The notes: generated from the sequence alone by a model not told the origin. A stretch of 62,970 nucleotides of DNA, filler included, from Octopus bimaculoides (GCF_001194135.2; 5 parts of 5 records of this genome joined end to end with filler, not necessarily neighbours in it); one strand, 5' to 3'; counted from the first letter of the whole stretch, positions 28,247 through 41,787 are shown. Program-made: numbers and translations.

Positions 28247-28802
28247 GAATTAAACAACCAAGCGTTCCCGCTCAATTCATTCTCTTTCTTGCTGGCCAGC
28301 GATTGAGCATGGACGTGGTTTTGCTGTCTCTCACCATCTTTCGGACTTACACTCGACAGCTCGCTTACACCTACATAACAACGTCCCAACAACAGAAGCT
28401 GTAACAACAAGAACTAAAGATGTATATATTTACCACCTGAATAAATGTTGTTTAAGTTGATAGTCTGGAGTTCAGCGTCCCGTTTATATTCTTAATATTA
28501 TATAGGAAGGTTAGGTATACATCTAATGGTGTATAACCAACTTTCCTATACTGTCATCATTTGGATCAACAAAACTGAGTGAATGGTTGACAACTTCATG
28601 AATGTAGAAACTGCCAGGAAACACAGGTGCCTATGGGTCATGGAATAACGAGTGGAGCACTTATGTGCTTTTTCTGAAACTTTTGTATGTCAAAAGTCAC
28701 AACTTCCGGTGACTATCACAATTTACTTTCACTTTTTTTTACGACAATAAACTGCACGATAACCCATATTTCCAATTCCAACCAAGAAGGCCGTAATTTT
28801 GC

Positions 28803-29118
28803 AGTGACGGCGCATGGCCCAGTGGTTAGGATATTTGGCTCACAATCGTCAGATCACGAGTCTGATTCCCGGAGGCACGTTGCGTCCTGAAGCAAGACAC
28901 TTTATTTCACATGGCTCCAATCCATTAAGCTGACAGAAATGGATTGTACCAGTATTTCAAAGAGCCGGCCTTGTCACACTGAATCTCCCTCAGAACTACA
29001 TTAAGTGTACGCATGTGTGTGTGGAGTACTCAGCCACTTGCACGTTAATTTCACGAACAGGCTGTTCTATTGATCGGATCAACTGGAACTTTTATCCTTG
29101 TAATCGACGAGGTGCCAG
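28803..29118 (+). mobile_element. SINE family B, near full length
   Basis: Head tggcccagtggttagg, CORE-like gcaagacactttatttcac, 3' end gatcggatcaactggaac. Confidence 0.85.
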
Positions 29119-30229
29119 TAATTTTGCAGTAAAGTATTCGTATTGTATATTTACTGTTATTCATTGTAAATTTCTACCATAAACATTTCTACATACATGG
29201 ATAGTTAATAGCCATATACTTTACTAGCGTTTAATAATCAATGTGATCAGAAAATATCTGGTAGATCCAACTTAATGAGAACATCAGTGGATGTTTCATG
29301 GTATCTAACAGGTATTCTTCTGTCCACGGCTTTTGTTAATCATTATCTCTACTATTTAACATTCGATACACGTGGATAGTTTAATAGCCATGCTTTGCTC
29401 AAGTTAATTACGAGCGTAATCACAAAACATTTGCTTTATAGTTGATATCCAGCCATCGCTCTTCTGTCCACTGATTTACATTCCAAACATTAGCTTAATA
29501 ATGACCGAGTCATATTTCAGAGCTACTCTCGCGTGACGTACATGACGGCCAGAGACAAGTTATGAAATATTTTAGCCGTAAATTTTAGACATCTACAAGA
29601 ATTGGATCGATTCACTTTTTACAGTAAAGTTTAACTACTCGGGCAAATTTTAAACAAAATATTTTTTTTTATGGAATCGATGTTGAATTTTTTGAAGGAG
29701 AATCGAAAAGTATATGGCATGTGACAAAAATGATGCATATGTAAAATAACTGCTTTCACCAGAAAATATAAACAGTTAATTCCTCTGAATTTCTCCAGAG
29801 TAGCATAAAACGTTTGATGCATTTATTTACATTGACTTTACTTTGAAATTTCCTAAAATGGTAATGAGTTTTGCTAGACAACAGCAATATGAGGTCAGAA
29901 TTATCTTTTACCTTGTGTGACGTGCGTGACAAAAATGAAAGCGACATTTTCGAGGTAAATGTTTTTATATATCTGACAAATATAAAGAAATTGTCTCAAT
30001 ATTGATATCTGTACACATTGAAAAAATACACACATTTATATATATATATGCGTGTGTGTGGTCAATTTACAAAGCAAGATCCAGAGGGAGAGTTACATAA
30101 GCGCTTAAGAAATAAGCAATCATACCTGCGTCGGTGTTAATTTCGAGAAGTGAGGCGTGCTTTAATGCATCAATCGAAACATATGTCGATGATATGGTGA
30201 TATAAATAATTTAAATAACATCTTGTGCG

Positions 30230-30420
30230 CTTCTCTTCATTCTCCGGCTCTGGCTGCTGGAACAGAAACTAACGCGACATTGATGGAAGGCGGGTTTAGA
30301 GAGGGCGCCGGGGCAAAACTACGTGCCCAGACAGCTGGTGCGCTGGCTGCCGGAGCCTCCCGGGGAGTATTTGACGGGGAATTTGGCAGGATGGTCATTT
30401 GCTCGCTGCATCGAAGAAAC
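30230..30420 (+). mobile_element. GC-rich segment, possibly an RTE-like LINE C-terminal remnant
   Basis: One frame reads RH*WKAGLERAPGQNYVPRQLVRWLPEPPG...FARCIEE, loosely like the RTE tail RWAGHVAR..PRQL..W.P.G. Weak match. Confidence 0.3.
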
Positions 30421-31494
30421 CAATGAACAAAAGAAAAAAGACGCTACTCCACTGGTTAGGCGAGCAGGCCAACATTACCCCACCCCCTGATCGAAAGTGC
30501 GGACTGGAGCAACATGAAATGAAGTATTTTGCTCAAGAAANNNNNNNNNNNNNNNNNNNNNNNNNNNNNNNNNNNNNNNNNNNNNNNNNNNNNNNNNNNN
30601 NNNNNNNNNNNNNNNNNNNNNNNNNNNNNNNNNNNNNNNNNNNNNNNNNNNNNNNNNNNNNNNNNNNNNNNNNNNNNNNNNNNNNNNNNNNNNNNNNNNN
30701 NNNNNNNNNNNNNNNNNNNNNNNNNNNNNNNNNNNNNNNNNNNNNNNNNNNNNNNNNNNNNNNNNNNNNNNNNNNNNNNNNNNNNNNNNNNNNNNNNNNN
30801 NNNNNNNNNNNNNNNNNNNNNNNNNNNNNNNNNNNNNNNNNNNNNNNNNNNNNNNNNNNNNNNNNNNNNNNNNNNNNNNNNNNNNNNNNNNNNNNNNNNN
30901 NNNNNNNNNNNNNNNNNNNNNNNNNNNNNNNNNNNNNNNNNNNNNNNNNNNNNNNNNNNNNNNNNNNNNNNNNNNNNNNNNNNNNNNNNNNNNNNNNNNN
31001 NNNNNNNNNNNNNNNNNNNNNNNNNNNNNNNNNNNNNNNNNNNNNNNNNNNNNNNNNNNNNNNNNNNNNNNNNNNNNNNNNNNNNNNNNNNNNNNNNNNN
31101 NNNNNNNNNNNNNNNNNNNNNNNNNNNNNNNNNNNNNNNNNNNNNNNNNNNNNNNNNNNNNNNNNNNNNNNNNNNNNNNNNNNNNNNNNNNNNNNNNNNN
31201 NNNNNNNNNNNNNNNNNNNNNNNNNNNNNNNNNNNNNNNNNNNNNNNNNNNNNNNNNNNNNNNNNNNNNNNNNNNNNNNNNNNNNNNNNNNNNNNNNNNN
31301 NNNNNNNNNNNNNNNNNNNNNNNNNNNNNNNNNNNNNNNNNNNNNNNNNNNNNNNNNNNNNNNNNNNNNNNNNNNNNNNNNNNNNNNNNNNNNNNNNNNN
31401 NNNNNNNNNNNNNNNNNNNNNNNNNNNNNNNNNNNNNNNNNNNNNNNNNNNNNNNNNNNNNNNNNNNNNNNTGCCAGCTCGCCACACAGTTTCC

Positions 31495-31722
31495 TATTTC
31501 TTTATTGCCCACAAGGGGCTAAACATAGAGGGGACGAACAAGGAGAGACAAAGGGATTAAGTCGATTACATCGACCCCAGTGCGTAACTGATACTTAATT
31601 TATCGACCCCGAAAGGATGAAAGGCAAAGTCGACCTCGGCGGAATTTGAACTGAGAACTTAACGGCAGACGAAATTCTGCTAAGCATTTCGCCCGGCGTG
31701 CTAACGTTTCTGCCAGCTCGCC
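31495..31722 (-). mobile_element. SINE family A, long-tail variant, inserted in a family C SINE
   Basis: Near-consensus copy flanked by the 13-bp direct repeat CCACACAGTTTCC (31482-31494 and 31721-31733). Confidence 0.9.
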
Positions 31723-31870
31723 ACACAGTTTCCGTCTACCAAATTCATTCACAAGGCATTGGTCGACCTGCGGCTATAATAGAAGACACTTGCCCAAGGT
31801 GTTGTGCAGTGGAATTGAACCAGGACACCCCTGGTTGCAAAGCATACTTCTTAACCATACAACCAAGCCT
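31721..31870 (-). mobile_element. SINE family C, 5' part
   Basis: ccacacagtttccgtctacc...agaagacacttgcccaagg...gaaccagg. Confidence 0.8.
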
Positions 31871-33199
31871 ACGACAAACAATTTTTTTTCTTAAAAATAT
31901 AATATTCCCCTTCCAGACTACATCATCCAACGTGCCCTTTTCCATTTAGTACGATACGATGTGATTTGTGGGAGCACTGATTGATACTTCTAGCAAGTAA
32001 AACGACCGCCCAGAAGCACCATTTTTTGGCTCGTGCCAACTGTTTTGTTATTTTCGTGGGTGGAAAAAAAAAACCCAGAGGTTCTCCTATATCCATCACA
32101 CGAATGATTACAGATAGGGAGACGGAGTATTTGCAGTTAGAAAATTATTCATGGGGTTCTCAAGCCAACATTAATGTCAATGCTATCTGGAGCTGAGCAA
32201 CAACAACGAAAGCAGCAATTTGATCGATGGTGATGGGGCGAGTCGGAATTGATTTGCGATGACTTCTTTTTGACAAGCAAATCCAGATTTTATATTCTTT
32301 TTCTTATGCAATCTTGTCTAAGCCACGTAATTATAAATCATCACCACCATCACTCCACAGTACCACTATCATCATCGCTATAGCCATCACCAATACTGAA
32401 AGCAGCCACAACATCACCGCCATTATTACCACCGTCACAGCCACCACCACCATCGCTATAATGACAACTACGATCACCATAATCACCACTATCATCATTA
32501 CCACCACCTTCATCACAACCACCACCACCACCAAAGCTGATCACAGCTACCACTCACCACCGCCATTACAGCTACCACTCATCACCGCCATCATCACCAC
32601 TACATGTTCAGTCGGGTGTTGCAAATAGTTTCAGAAACTAATAATGGATCACCTGTATGTGACCTACAATATTTTACCAAATTAATTTGGCATCTTTACA
32701 CCTTGTATCGAATTTTTTTTCTTTTATTATTTTACCTTGGTGTATCGAATTTTAAGCACGACGATCTGCAAATACAGGGTGAGGTGGCGGAGGAAGATCT
32801 TGCTGTGCAAGAAAGAGGATGTCGCAATGCGCGCGTGCGAGTGAGTGTGCATACGTGCGTATATGCGTATGTGTGTACCTGCGTGCTTGTGTATGTAAGT
32901 CAGTGTGTGTGTTATAAATTTTGAGGATTATCGAAATCGTGAAAGTCTATTTTAAAATTATTCTCCCGTATTTTTTTTCACCAACTCATTTAGAAAAGAA
33001 GTAGACAAAACAAAAATAATAATGCATTGAACAAAATGTCAGACTTATGAGTTGAAGAAACTACATCACTTAATGCTGCCTAATACTTTTTATGAAGGCA
33101 TGAATATACCACTTTGTATTTTCCTTCTAACGAAAGAAAAGAAAATTATATATGAAATCTTTAACGTTTTATATACAGTAAGAAAATTTAATCATGATA

Positions 33200-33759
33200 T
33201 ACTTGTCTCACATATAAAATACCAGACTCACATATAAAAATAAGACGAAGATCAAATATGAAATCTAGGATCGAATATAAAAATCAAATATCAAATTAAA
33301 ATATATGTTTGAGACTAGTAGAAGATATTAGTCTCAAACATAAAATACTAGGATAAAATTAAAATATACTAGGATCAAATATAAAAACTGGGATCAACTA
33401 TAGAATCAGTCAAAAGAGGATCAAAGGTCCTTCCTGAGTCATTGACTCATAAGGCCGCTCTCCAGGATTCTGTGGCGTATATATATTCCCCCACTGGACG
33501 GGTCGCCAATTCGTCACAGTACTACTCAGTTTTGCCAGCTGAATGGATTGGAGTAACGTGAAATGAAGTGTTTTGCTCAGGAACACAACGCATCGCCCGG
33601 TCCAGGAATCGAAACCACAATCTTACGATCATAAATGCAACATCTTAACCACTAAGCCATGCTCCTCCACCCAACAACAGAATATTAGGATCAAATATGA
33701 AATGCAAGGATCAAAGCTAAAATACTAAGATCATATATAAAATACGAGGATCAAATATA
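33200..33759. repeat. Degenerate ~21-22-bp minisatellite (tactaggatcaaatataaaa)
   Basis: Repeated aggatcaaatat units, interrupted by a SINE and continuing at 35101-35130; a perfect 14-bp inverted repeat lies at 33304-33342. Confidence 0.8.
33445..33670 (-). mobile_element. SINE family B
   Basis: Minus head gtggaggagcatggcttagtggttaag, B-box gtttcgattcc, CORE-like block. Confidence 0.8.
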
Positions 33760-35100
33760 CTTTTTCCTCGACTTACGACCACAACCAATAAATAAATAAA
33801 CAATAGATTTTCGGACGTTGGGCAGCAGCGCATACGATAACTATGGCAACGTAATCCTCCCTCAGACCCAGGCATCCACTGCCTGCCACTGTCTCTCACT
33901 CAGTTGCTTTCAAGCACCAGTTGCGTGTGGATTTATTACAATTGTATCGGAAAATCCCCCTAAAATGACTGGTAAAAGGAAAATGTTTTCATTTACAGAT
34001 GCACCAGCTAAGAAGTCAAGGAAGATTTAGACTGTAAAATGAAGATTATCTGGAATATGAAGTCGGAAAGAAGGTGAATAGCATGTGACTTGAAGTTATC
34101 ACATTCCACTGTAACGACGATACTTAAGAACAAAGAAAGAATTCGAGAAGTTGTGAAATGTTTTGCACCTATGAAGTCTACAATTTTAACCAAACAACGA
34201 TAGGAATCCATCCATGAAATGGAAAAATTGTTATCCATGTGCATGGAAGGTTTAATACAGAGAAAAAAAACACCCGTGAGCCTTCTTACAGCGCAAACAA
34301 AGGCTAGAAGTCGGTTTCAGTCTTTAAAATCACACTCCAGAGACGATTACGCACATTATTTTCGCGCTAGTAATGATGGGTGGTTTATGCGTTTTAGAAA
34401 AAGATTTGCTTTGCAAAGACATAGTTAAACTTGCAAACACTCAAGAATTAGAATGTGAAATAGATGTAGAGGAGTTGCTAGATTGTGAGACAAAAGAACT
34501 TTCAGACGAGGAGTTGATTGGATTGGAAGCATACGGAGTGGCAGAAGAAAAAGCAAGAAAAGAAGAGAAAGAAGATAAGCCAGAAAAGAAATTCACGGCA
34601 AAGGGTTTATCTGATTCGTTTTCGCGATTCAATAAAGCCAGTTTCGAAGCAATGGACCCTAATGTCGAACAATTTGCAAAAGTTGAACGCATCATTCAAG
34701 ATTCTGTGCGTTGTTATCGAAAGATATATGACGAAAAAATGAAAGAAACACTATTCAAGCAAAGCTCACCATGTTCCTCGGAAAACCATCGCCCTCAACC
34801 CAGGAACATGACTGAGAAGATTAAAAATTTATTTTCATTTGCGCTTTTTTTCACAAGAACAATTTTTTTTATTATATGTATGTGGAATTTCATTTGTATT
34901 AATTTTTACATAAATTTTAAATTATATTTTTGTTTACAGTACGATGTACATATATATATATTTTCACATCATGTACAATAATTATGGATTAAATTTTTGT
35001 GTTTTATATTTTTATAACCCGTTTGAATCCGAAATACGACCAGATCGACTTACGACCTATCAGTCAAGACGGAACTCGGTCGTAAGTCGAGGAGAAGGTG
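33760..35100 (+). mobile_element. Tigger/pogo-family DNA transposon, internally deleted (no DDD domain)
   Basis: TIR core TCCTCGACTTACGACC at both ends with TA TSD. CENP-B-type HTH remnants LSHSTVTTILKNKERI, MEKLLSMCME...FRASNDGWFMRFRKRF and acidic C-terminus DVEELLD...DPNVEQFAKV...CYRKIYDEK, with stops and frameshifts. Confidence 0.9.
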
Positions 35101-35688
35101 TATAAAATACGAGGATCAAATATGAAATCCATATTTTGATACACCTTACAGCAAAGTAAACTTGATCAGTCTTTCAAACTTTATATTGACGGATTTGTTT
35201 GAGTGGAAACTATTACGGGTTACTTTGAGACCCAGATTTCACTATATTTTAATTTATTAATTGAGATATTTTAATGCCAAATTCGGAATTTTATTTTTTT
35301 TATACCAAGATCCTGGCTGTTAAATTTGGCAGCTTAGCGAACCAGTTATTAAAAATGTTGACATCTCAATATAAATATAAAATATATTCATACTCGCACA
35401 TAAATATAGGAAAATATATACAGTTATTTTAAGACAACAATGAGTCGTATACACATCACATACATCATATATATATATATATATGAAAAGTTGAAATAGT
35501 TGTCCCTCAAGTCCCATATCTCGTGAAAAAAGGAAAGTATGTTTTCTTTTTATTTTTTAGTACTCCCGTATTTCATACAAGGGAAATTTCAATTTCTTCC
35601 AGCACACCCACATACATACATATATATCGCGGGCAGTCGAGAACCTTGATGCCACTCTAAAACTATCAAAAGACCTAAATGCAATATA

Positions 35689-35899
35689 CAGGGTGCGGCA
35701 GAAATACCTCCCACATTTTAAACTTTCACCTATGTGTTGCTAATGAACTTATGCAAGCGCTAATGATGTTTTCATTTAGCTAATGAACAAAAACTGTAAC
35801 CCTTTGTTTAAACAATATTAAAATTAATTTTTCATAAATGTTGTTTGTTTTTCCTTTTGTTAACCTTTCAAATGTGGGAGGTATTTCTGCCGCACCCTG
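35689..35899. mobile_element. Tc1/mariner-type MITE, 211 bp
   Basis: Perfect 30-bp TIR CAGGGTGCGGCAGAAATACCTCCCACATTT, TA on both sides, AT-rich non-coding interior. Confidence 0.92.
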
Positions 35900-35989
35900 T
35901 ACAAGTGAGGTGATAAAAATAACATGCAATTCAATGTTGTGAGGTTTCAAACACTCTTACTGTCGGTCAACAAACAGATTACAGTCAGA

Positions 35990-36680
35990 ATATACAGGAC
36001 CAGAATGTAATTGCAATCCCTGAATCAGAGTCGGTAAGTGACCGGGAAATCCACGTGAGTAACGATGCAACATTCCAACTGCATATTACCAAGATGGCAA
36101 CACTGTGCAAGCGAGTGGCTGGTTGGATTCTGAGAGCATTCAGAACCAAGAAAAAGAATACCCAGGGAGAACACTTATTTTCAGTTGCCTTGACTACTGC
36201 TCCTAACTGTGGTCACCACGAACAGCAAAACACGAGGTATATATATACGAATAAAAATCCAAATTTAGGGAATCGACCAGGCTACATATGTTTCCTAGTT
36301 AGCAGAACCTCGGAAGTAGTAATTACTCAACGAGGAGTACTCCACTAGCTTGGAAGGTCTAACTCCGAATTTTGGGGTGAAAGCTATAGCAACCAGCGAA
36401 TTGGACGTCACGGCATAGTACCAAGGATCCTGTTTTCTCCGTCTAGAGTAAAGACCCAGTACTGTAATAGCTTAGGTTTCAAGGGCCCACAACTTTTCAG
36501 CACTCTGCCAAGCAACCCCAGAGATCTGCAAAGGATAGATGCGAATATTTTCAAAGAAAATTTGGGCCAAATTTGGATACTTGAAGTAACACTTGCCACA
36601 TTGTGGCAAGAAACACAAAGAAGAGCAGCTTAGTCCAACTCGCTAGTTCATTAGAAACAATTTCAAAGAGAAAGTCGGGA
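35990..36680 (+). mobile_element. CR1/L2-group LINE 3' remnant
   Basis: FQLHITKMATLCKRVAGWILRAFRT, LDYCS*LWSP and YCNSLGFKGPQLFSTLP match the ORF2 C-terminus of CR1-like elements; broken frame. Confidence 0.8.
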
Positions 36681-37479
36681 AGCGAGTGTGAAATAAAAAC
36701 CTATCACACTAAAGATGGTTGGTGCCCAAGCCTGGTTCCAGGCAACAAAAGCAAATAAATATTATATTTTAAAGTGAAACTTCCGTAACCTTTTCCATTC
36801 TCACGCGGTTTGGGGCCCCTAATCGGAAATTCTGCAGAGTTTAGTTGATCACATGGAATTCGGTGCTTATTTTACCTCTATCGAATAAATCTATAAGTGT
36901 GTGTGTGTGTGTATATCTATATACACACAAACACACACTACCATCACCACCTATAGACATACACAAAACAAACACATAGATCTGATCTATATACATATAT
37001 AATCATGAAACTTAGAAATCGAAAAACCATATCCTTAACCCCCACCCCAACAAAACAAATAGTCAATGAGAAGGGAACGGTCTTGTTATATAAAACCTTA
37101 ATCAATGGCCATGTTTGCTAAATGGAAGAACGAATCAAAGAAATAACCTTCCTCACTCCCAGCCTTAAATAATAATAATAAATGAAACGGCAAAATGTTA
37201 AAGAAATACAAAATCGTGGTAAAGAATAAAGAGGAAGGGTAAAGATAATCAAATATATGCTGATACGGATAGATAAACCGGTATTATAGATTATTAGGGT
37301 GAAAGGAGATTTAAGAAGTGAAATATATTGAAGTGGCTCCTTTTAAAAATCGAGAAATTGGGGATAAAACAAGGCTTAGAAAAACGTTTTTTTTTTTTTA
37401 ATTAAGTCATCAGTTTTTTTTCAAACAATTTTATTTTATTTTATAAATTTTGACTCCATCGAGAACAAAGAGAGAAGTG

Positions 37480-38008
37480 AGGAAATGTCTTCCTGTATTC
37501 TTCTCTCTTCAGACGACTTGAGGAGAAGGAAATTTTCATTGAAACAAAAGTTCATATCCCTCTCTTTCTCACATACTCACTCTCTTTTTTTTTACTTTCT
37601 CTTTCCCATACACTCTTTCTCTCTCTTTAACATTCACTCATTGTCTCTCTCTCTCTCTCTCTCTCTCTCATTCACTCTTTGATTCTCTCTTTCTCATTCA
37701 CTCCCTTACTCACTAATTCACTGTTTGTTACTCTTTCTCTCTTTAACACTCACTTTTTCCCTTTTCCTCAGTCACGCACTCTCTTTCTCATTTACTCACT
37801 CTTTTTCACTTTCTCATTTTCATACTCTCTCTCTCTCTCTCAATAATATTCTGATACACAAATTGTTTTTATAGTACACGTATAACCAAGCATCTAACTG
37901 TTCATCTGTTTGCCTACATTTGTCTGACTCCGCATCTGTATGTCTAACTGCATCTGGCTATCTAGATATATCTGATTTTATGCCTATGTCTTTTGGTCTG
38001 TCTGTCAA

Positions 38009-38043
<35 letters not shown>

Positions 38044-38380
38044 AGCTTGTTTATCTGTCTGCTTGCCTACCTGTCTATCTATCTATCTACTGATGTTTTT
38101 CAGTCTATCGCTGCCTATCTCTATATCTATTACTGTCTCAGTTGATCTATCTGTCTATCAATATGTCAGTCCATATCTCATTGTCTTTGCGTCTATCTAT
38201 CAATTCCTTAGTTACTATCTTTCAGTCAACTAATCTTTTGCTCTCAGTCTATCTGTTTATCTCTTGCTGTCTTTCAACCTGTCTATCTAAGAGTCAGCCT
38301 GTCTGTCACTGTCTTTCAGTTCATCTATCCCTCAATCAGTGTGTCAGCCAGTCTGTTTACCAATCTGCATGAGAAGGCTT
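37480..38380. repeat. Degenerate (CT)n/(CTAT/CTGT)n tract
   Basis: Direct inspection. Confidence 0.75.
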
Positions 38381-39012
38381 TGGTTGTCCATTTACAACAG
38401 TTTGAGTCAGTCTTAAGTCGAGACATTGTAGCATGTGTATATAGAAGACATGATATACAGGCATAGTTTCACATCAGCTATGAAGACTAGAAAACCAAAA
38501 GAGTGTGAGAATGGGAAAATATTGAATGAAACAACATTAGAGGTGGGGAGAGCGAAGGGGAGAGAGGAAAAATGAAAGAGGTGGGGAAAACAAAAAAGAG
38601 ATCCATAGGAAGAAGAAAGAAAAAGAGGAAGAACGAGAAATACAAAGAATGGAAAGAAATAAAGGAAGAACGAAAGAGAGAGAGAGAGAGAAAGAAGGAA
38701 AATGACAGAGGAAGAACAAGAGAGACAAAGACAGAATGAGAGTGAAAAGAATAAAAATATACATAGAATGGAACACTGAGAGAGAAAGGAAAGATTGAAA
38801 AGTGAAGGAGCAACATATAAACAGAAAGAAAGAGAAAGATTACTGGTGGAAAAGGATAGAAAAGATGAAAGAAAAAGAAAGACATTACAAAAGGCTTAAA
38901 AGCGGAAAGTGAGAAAGAAAATAAGGAAGGAACATAAAGAGCTGTCTGATAAAGATTCTGAAGAATCGGAGACAGAAAGAGAGGGAAAAAGAAACATTTG
39001 AACTGAATCAGA

Positions 39013-39049
<37 letters not shown>

Positions 39050-41074
39050 AGTAGTTTTCATTGAATATTGTATAGTTCTTCATCTTACCTCGTTAAATAC
39101 TGTAGTTGTAGTAGAAATAATAGTATTGGTATTGGTTTTGTTGTTGTTTAGTGGCCACTTGTTGTTGTAATACTCCCAGGAGTTAAACATCGTTGCTAGT
39201 GAGCGGTAATTCGGTACTCCAAATATGATCATCATCATCATCAACGTCACCATTATCAGCATCATTATCAATTCCTTATTCCCCCCCTTGTCGTTTTTTT
39301 GTTTTCACATATTAGAATGAACACCACAGCACAACTCCATCATATATATATGTATACATATCTACATATACTCACTAACTCATTATACTCACAAAGGAAG
39401 ATATTCCGTGGATAAATAACAGTCAAAAGATACCGAGCGAAAAGCGAGTATATGTGAATGAACCCTTTGTAATTTTCGATTCAGTTCGATTTTCTATCGA
39501 AGAAACAGGAAATGTCACACTTTCATTGAGACCACCGTAGTGTTGTTAACGGCACGAGGATTCCGGAGGGTGGTATTTTGTATTTCGGGTTTACGTGCGG
39601 TGCTATTATCTTCCGTAAGTAGATAAAGATATATCGATGGTAGTAATTATATATTTTGTTTGAATAAATGTAAGAGTCAAGAATGAGACGGACGACCTGA
39701 CTGACAGTGGGGAGGATTATTTATCGGGAACACACAGATATTGGCGCTGTGTCTGCGTAATGTCTAGGGTGTGCTGCAATTATTATCATGTGTGGTAAGT
39801 GAGGATCATCACAGTGTAGATATATATATGTACTTATTTATGTGTGTCTATAGGCATGTATCTGGAGGGGAGAGCGGAACAGACGTAATCTGTGTGCGTG
39901 CGAGTGTGTGTGTGTGTGTTTATGTCAGAGAGAGAAAGTGAAATAACCAACGAGATTGTGGGAACTAAAGAGAACATGTATTAATAGGAATGTGTGTATG
40001 TATGGGAGACAAAGAAAGAGAGAGAGAGAGGATGTGCAAATGTGTGTGTGTATGTGGTGTATTCGAGAGAGAGAAAGAAAGAAGAAATAGTGTCTGTGTA
40101 TATTACAGAAAAAAATAGGGAATCAATGAGAGCGTGTATGTGCTTGACAGATCACGTGTGTGTGCGTGCAACAGAAGTTGGGGCATGTGCATGCATCCGT
40201 GAAGTTGTATGTATGCCTCAGTATGTATGTATGTATGTCTCAATATCTTACTATGTATATAAATATGTATGAATGCTACGGTGTATGTATGTGTGTATGA
40301 ATACCTCGTCTATGTGTGTTAGTATGTCTGTACGTACGTGTATGCCTCAGTGTATTATGAATTTATATATATATCAGTGTGTTAGTATACATGTATGCTT
40401 CAATATGTGTGCGTGTGTATATATATATGTGTGTTTGTATGCTACAATGTGTTAGTCTATCTGTGTGTACCACTGCCGCGATTATATTAATACATAAGTA
40501 TATATGTCAATGTATTAATATCTTGTTTGTATATACGGTATCTGCGTGCGTGTGGTGAGTGAATATATGTATATATATACTTAGATATATGTTGCATCGT
40601 GAGAAAGCCAAACGGTTAATAATGCAAGAGTTCTGCAAGTGTCTGCTACACGGCAGCAGTAGCAGAACAACCACAACAACAACAAGAGCAGTAGCAGCAC
40701 CTGTTGTGACTACCACCACCACCCCTCCTTACAACACACACCAATGTAAACGAAAAGATCTAGTGTTCGCGCACGTAGCAAAGTTGATTGTTATTAAAAT
40801 TTACATGAACCGTGTTGTGAAGGTTTTGTTACATTACTGTTTATCTCTGTACACCATGTAAACTCGTGTTATTTATTCATAGATTTTTTTTTAATCATTC
40901 AAATCTCTGTAAATCCTCACACTGTGTTCGTTTTTGTATTGTTCCCCCTCATCCATCTCCCTGGTACCAAATATAAGAAATCATCATTATCATCATCATC
41001 GTCATCACTATTATTATTATTATTATTATTACTTACTGTATAATATCAATCGTGGAGCATATATGTGATAGTTC

Positions 41075-41700
41075 GATTCTGCTAGAAATAGCAGCCAAAT
41101 CTCAACCGAATTTTACTTTCCATCTTTTATTAAAAAAAAAAAAGAAAAAGAAGGACGCGTTGGATAATGTAGTTTGGGAAACACAATACCTTGATTGAAA
41201 AAAAAATAATAAACGGGTGGGTCACGGGTGGTATGCCTTTGATCAATATCTGTCTAATCAGTTTTCTCTCCGGGCCACAACAATAACAATATAACAGCGA
41301 TATAGGCGAATGTTCTACCAGAAAGCTAAACGAGGAAGCCTCAGTCTGCAAAAAAATAGTAACCAAATTCCCCTTTAGTTACACCCTACTGTCTAAAATA
41401 AAGAACACATTGGATAATGTAGTCCTAAATATCCTTCAAAAGCTGGGATGGTCACGGACGGAACATCGTGAATCATAAGTCGGCACGATGAGGGCTGACT
41501 TTTAGCTTTTTTTTAGGCTGCTGGAAATAGCAGTTAAATCTGTCTCAATTCGTATCCTACCGTTTAAAAATAAGGGGAGGATACATTGATTGATTGATTG
41601 ATTGATTAATTAATTAATTAATTGATAAAATACACTAATCTGGGGGAAATGACTGAGTGGTTACAACTGGAAAGCAATGGTCATATAGATTTTCCCCGGT
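41075..41700. mobile_element. Cluster of unclassified repeat family D fragments
   Basis: ctgctagaaatagcagccaaatct...acattggataatgtag recurs at ~41080, ~41350 and ~41520; reverse-orientation relatives at ~10130 and ~44600. Confidence 0.65.
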
Positions 41701-41787
41701 TAAATTTGATGCGGGGAGGGGATGAGCCATACAATTCAAAGTGAAAAAGACGAAATTTAGTTTCTTTTTTAAAAATCATTGCAGTAC

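Noticed and set aside
29170-29490. Degenerate ~170-bp tandem duplication
   Set aside because: Visible but old, non-coding and without further structure.
33736-35123. Apparent 23-bp target-site duplication around the Tigger element
   Set aside because: Removing the element and one TA leaves two tandem 22-bp minisatellite units, so it is an ordinary TA TSD.
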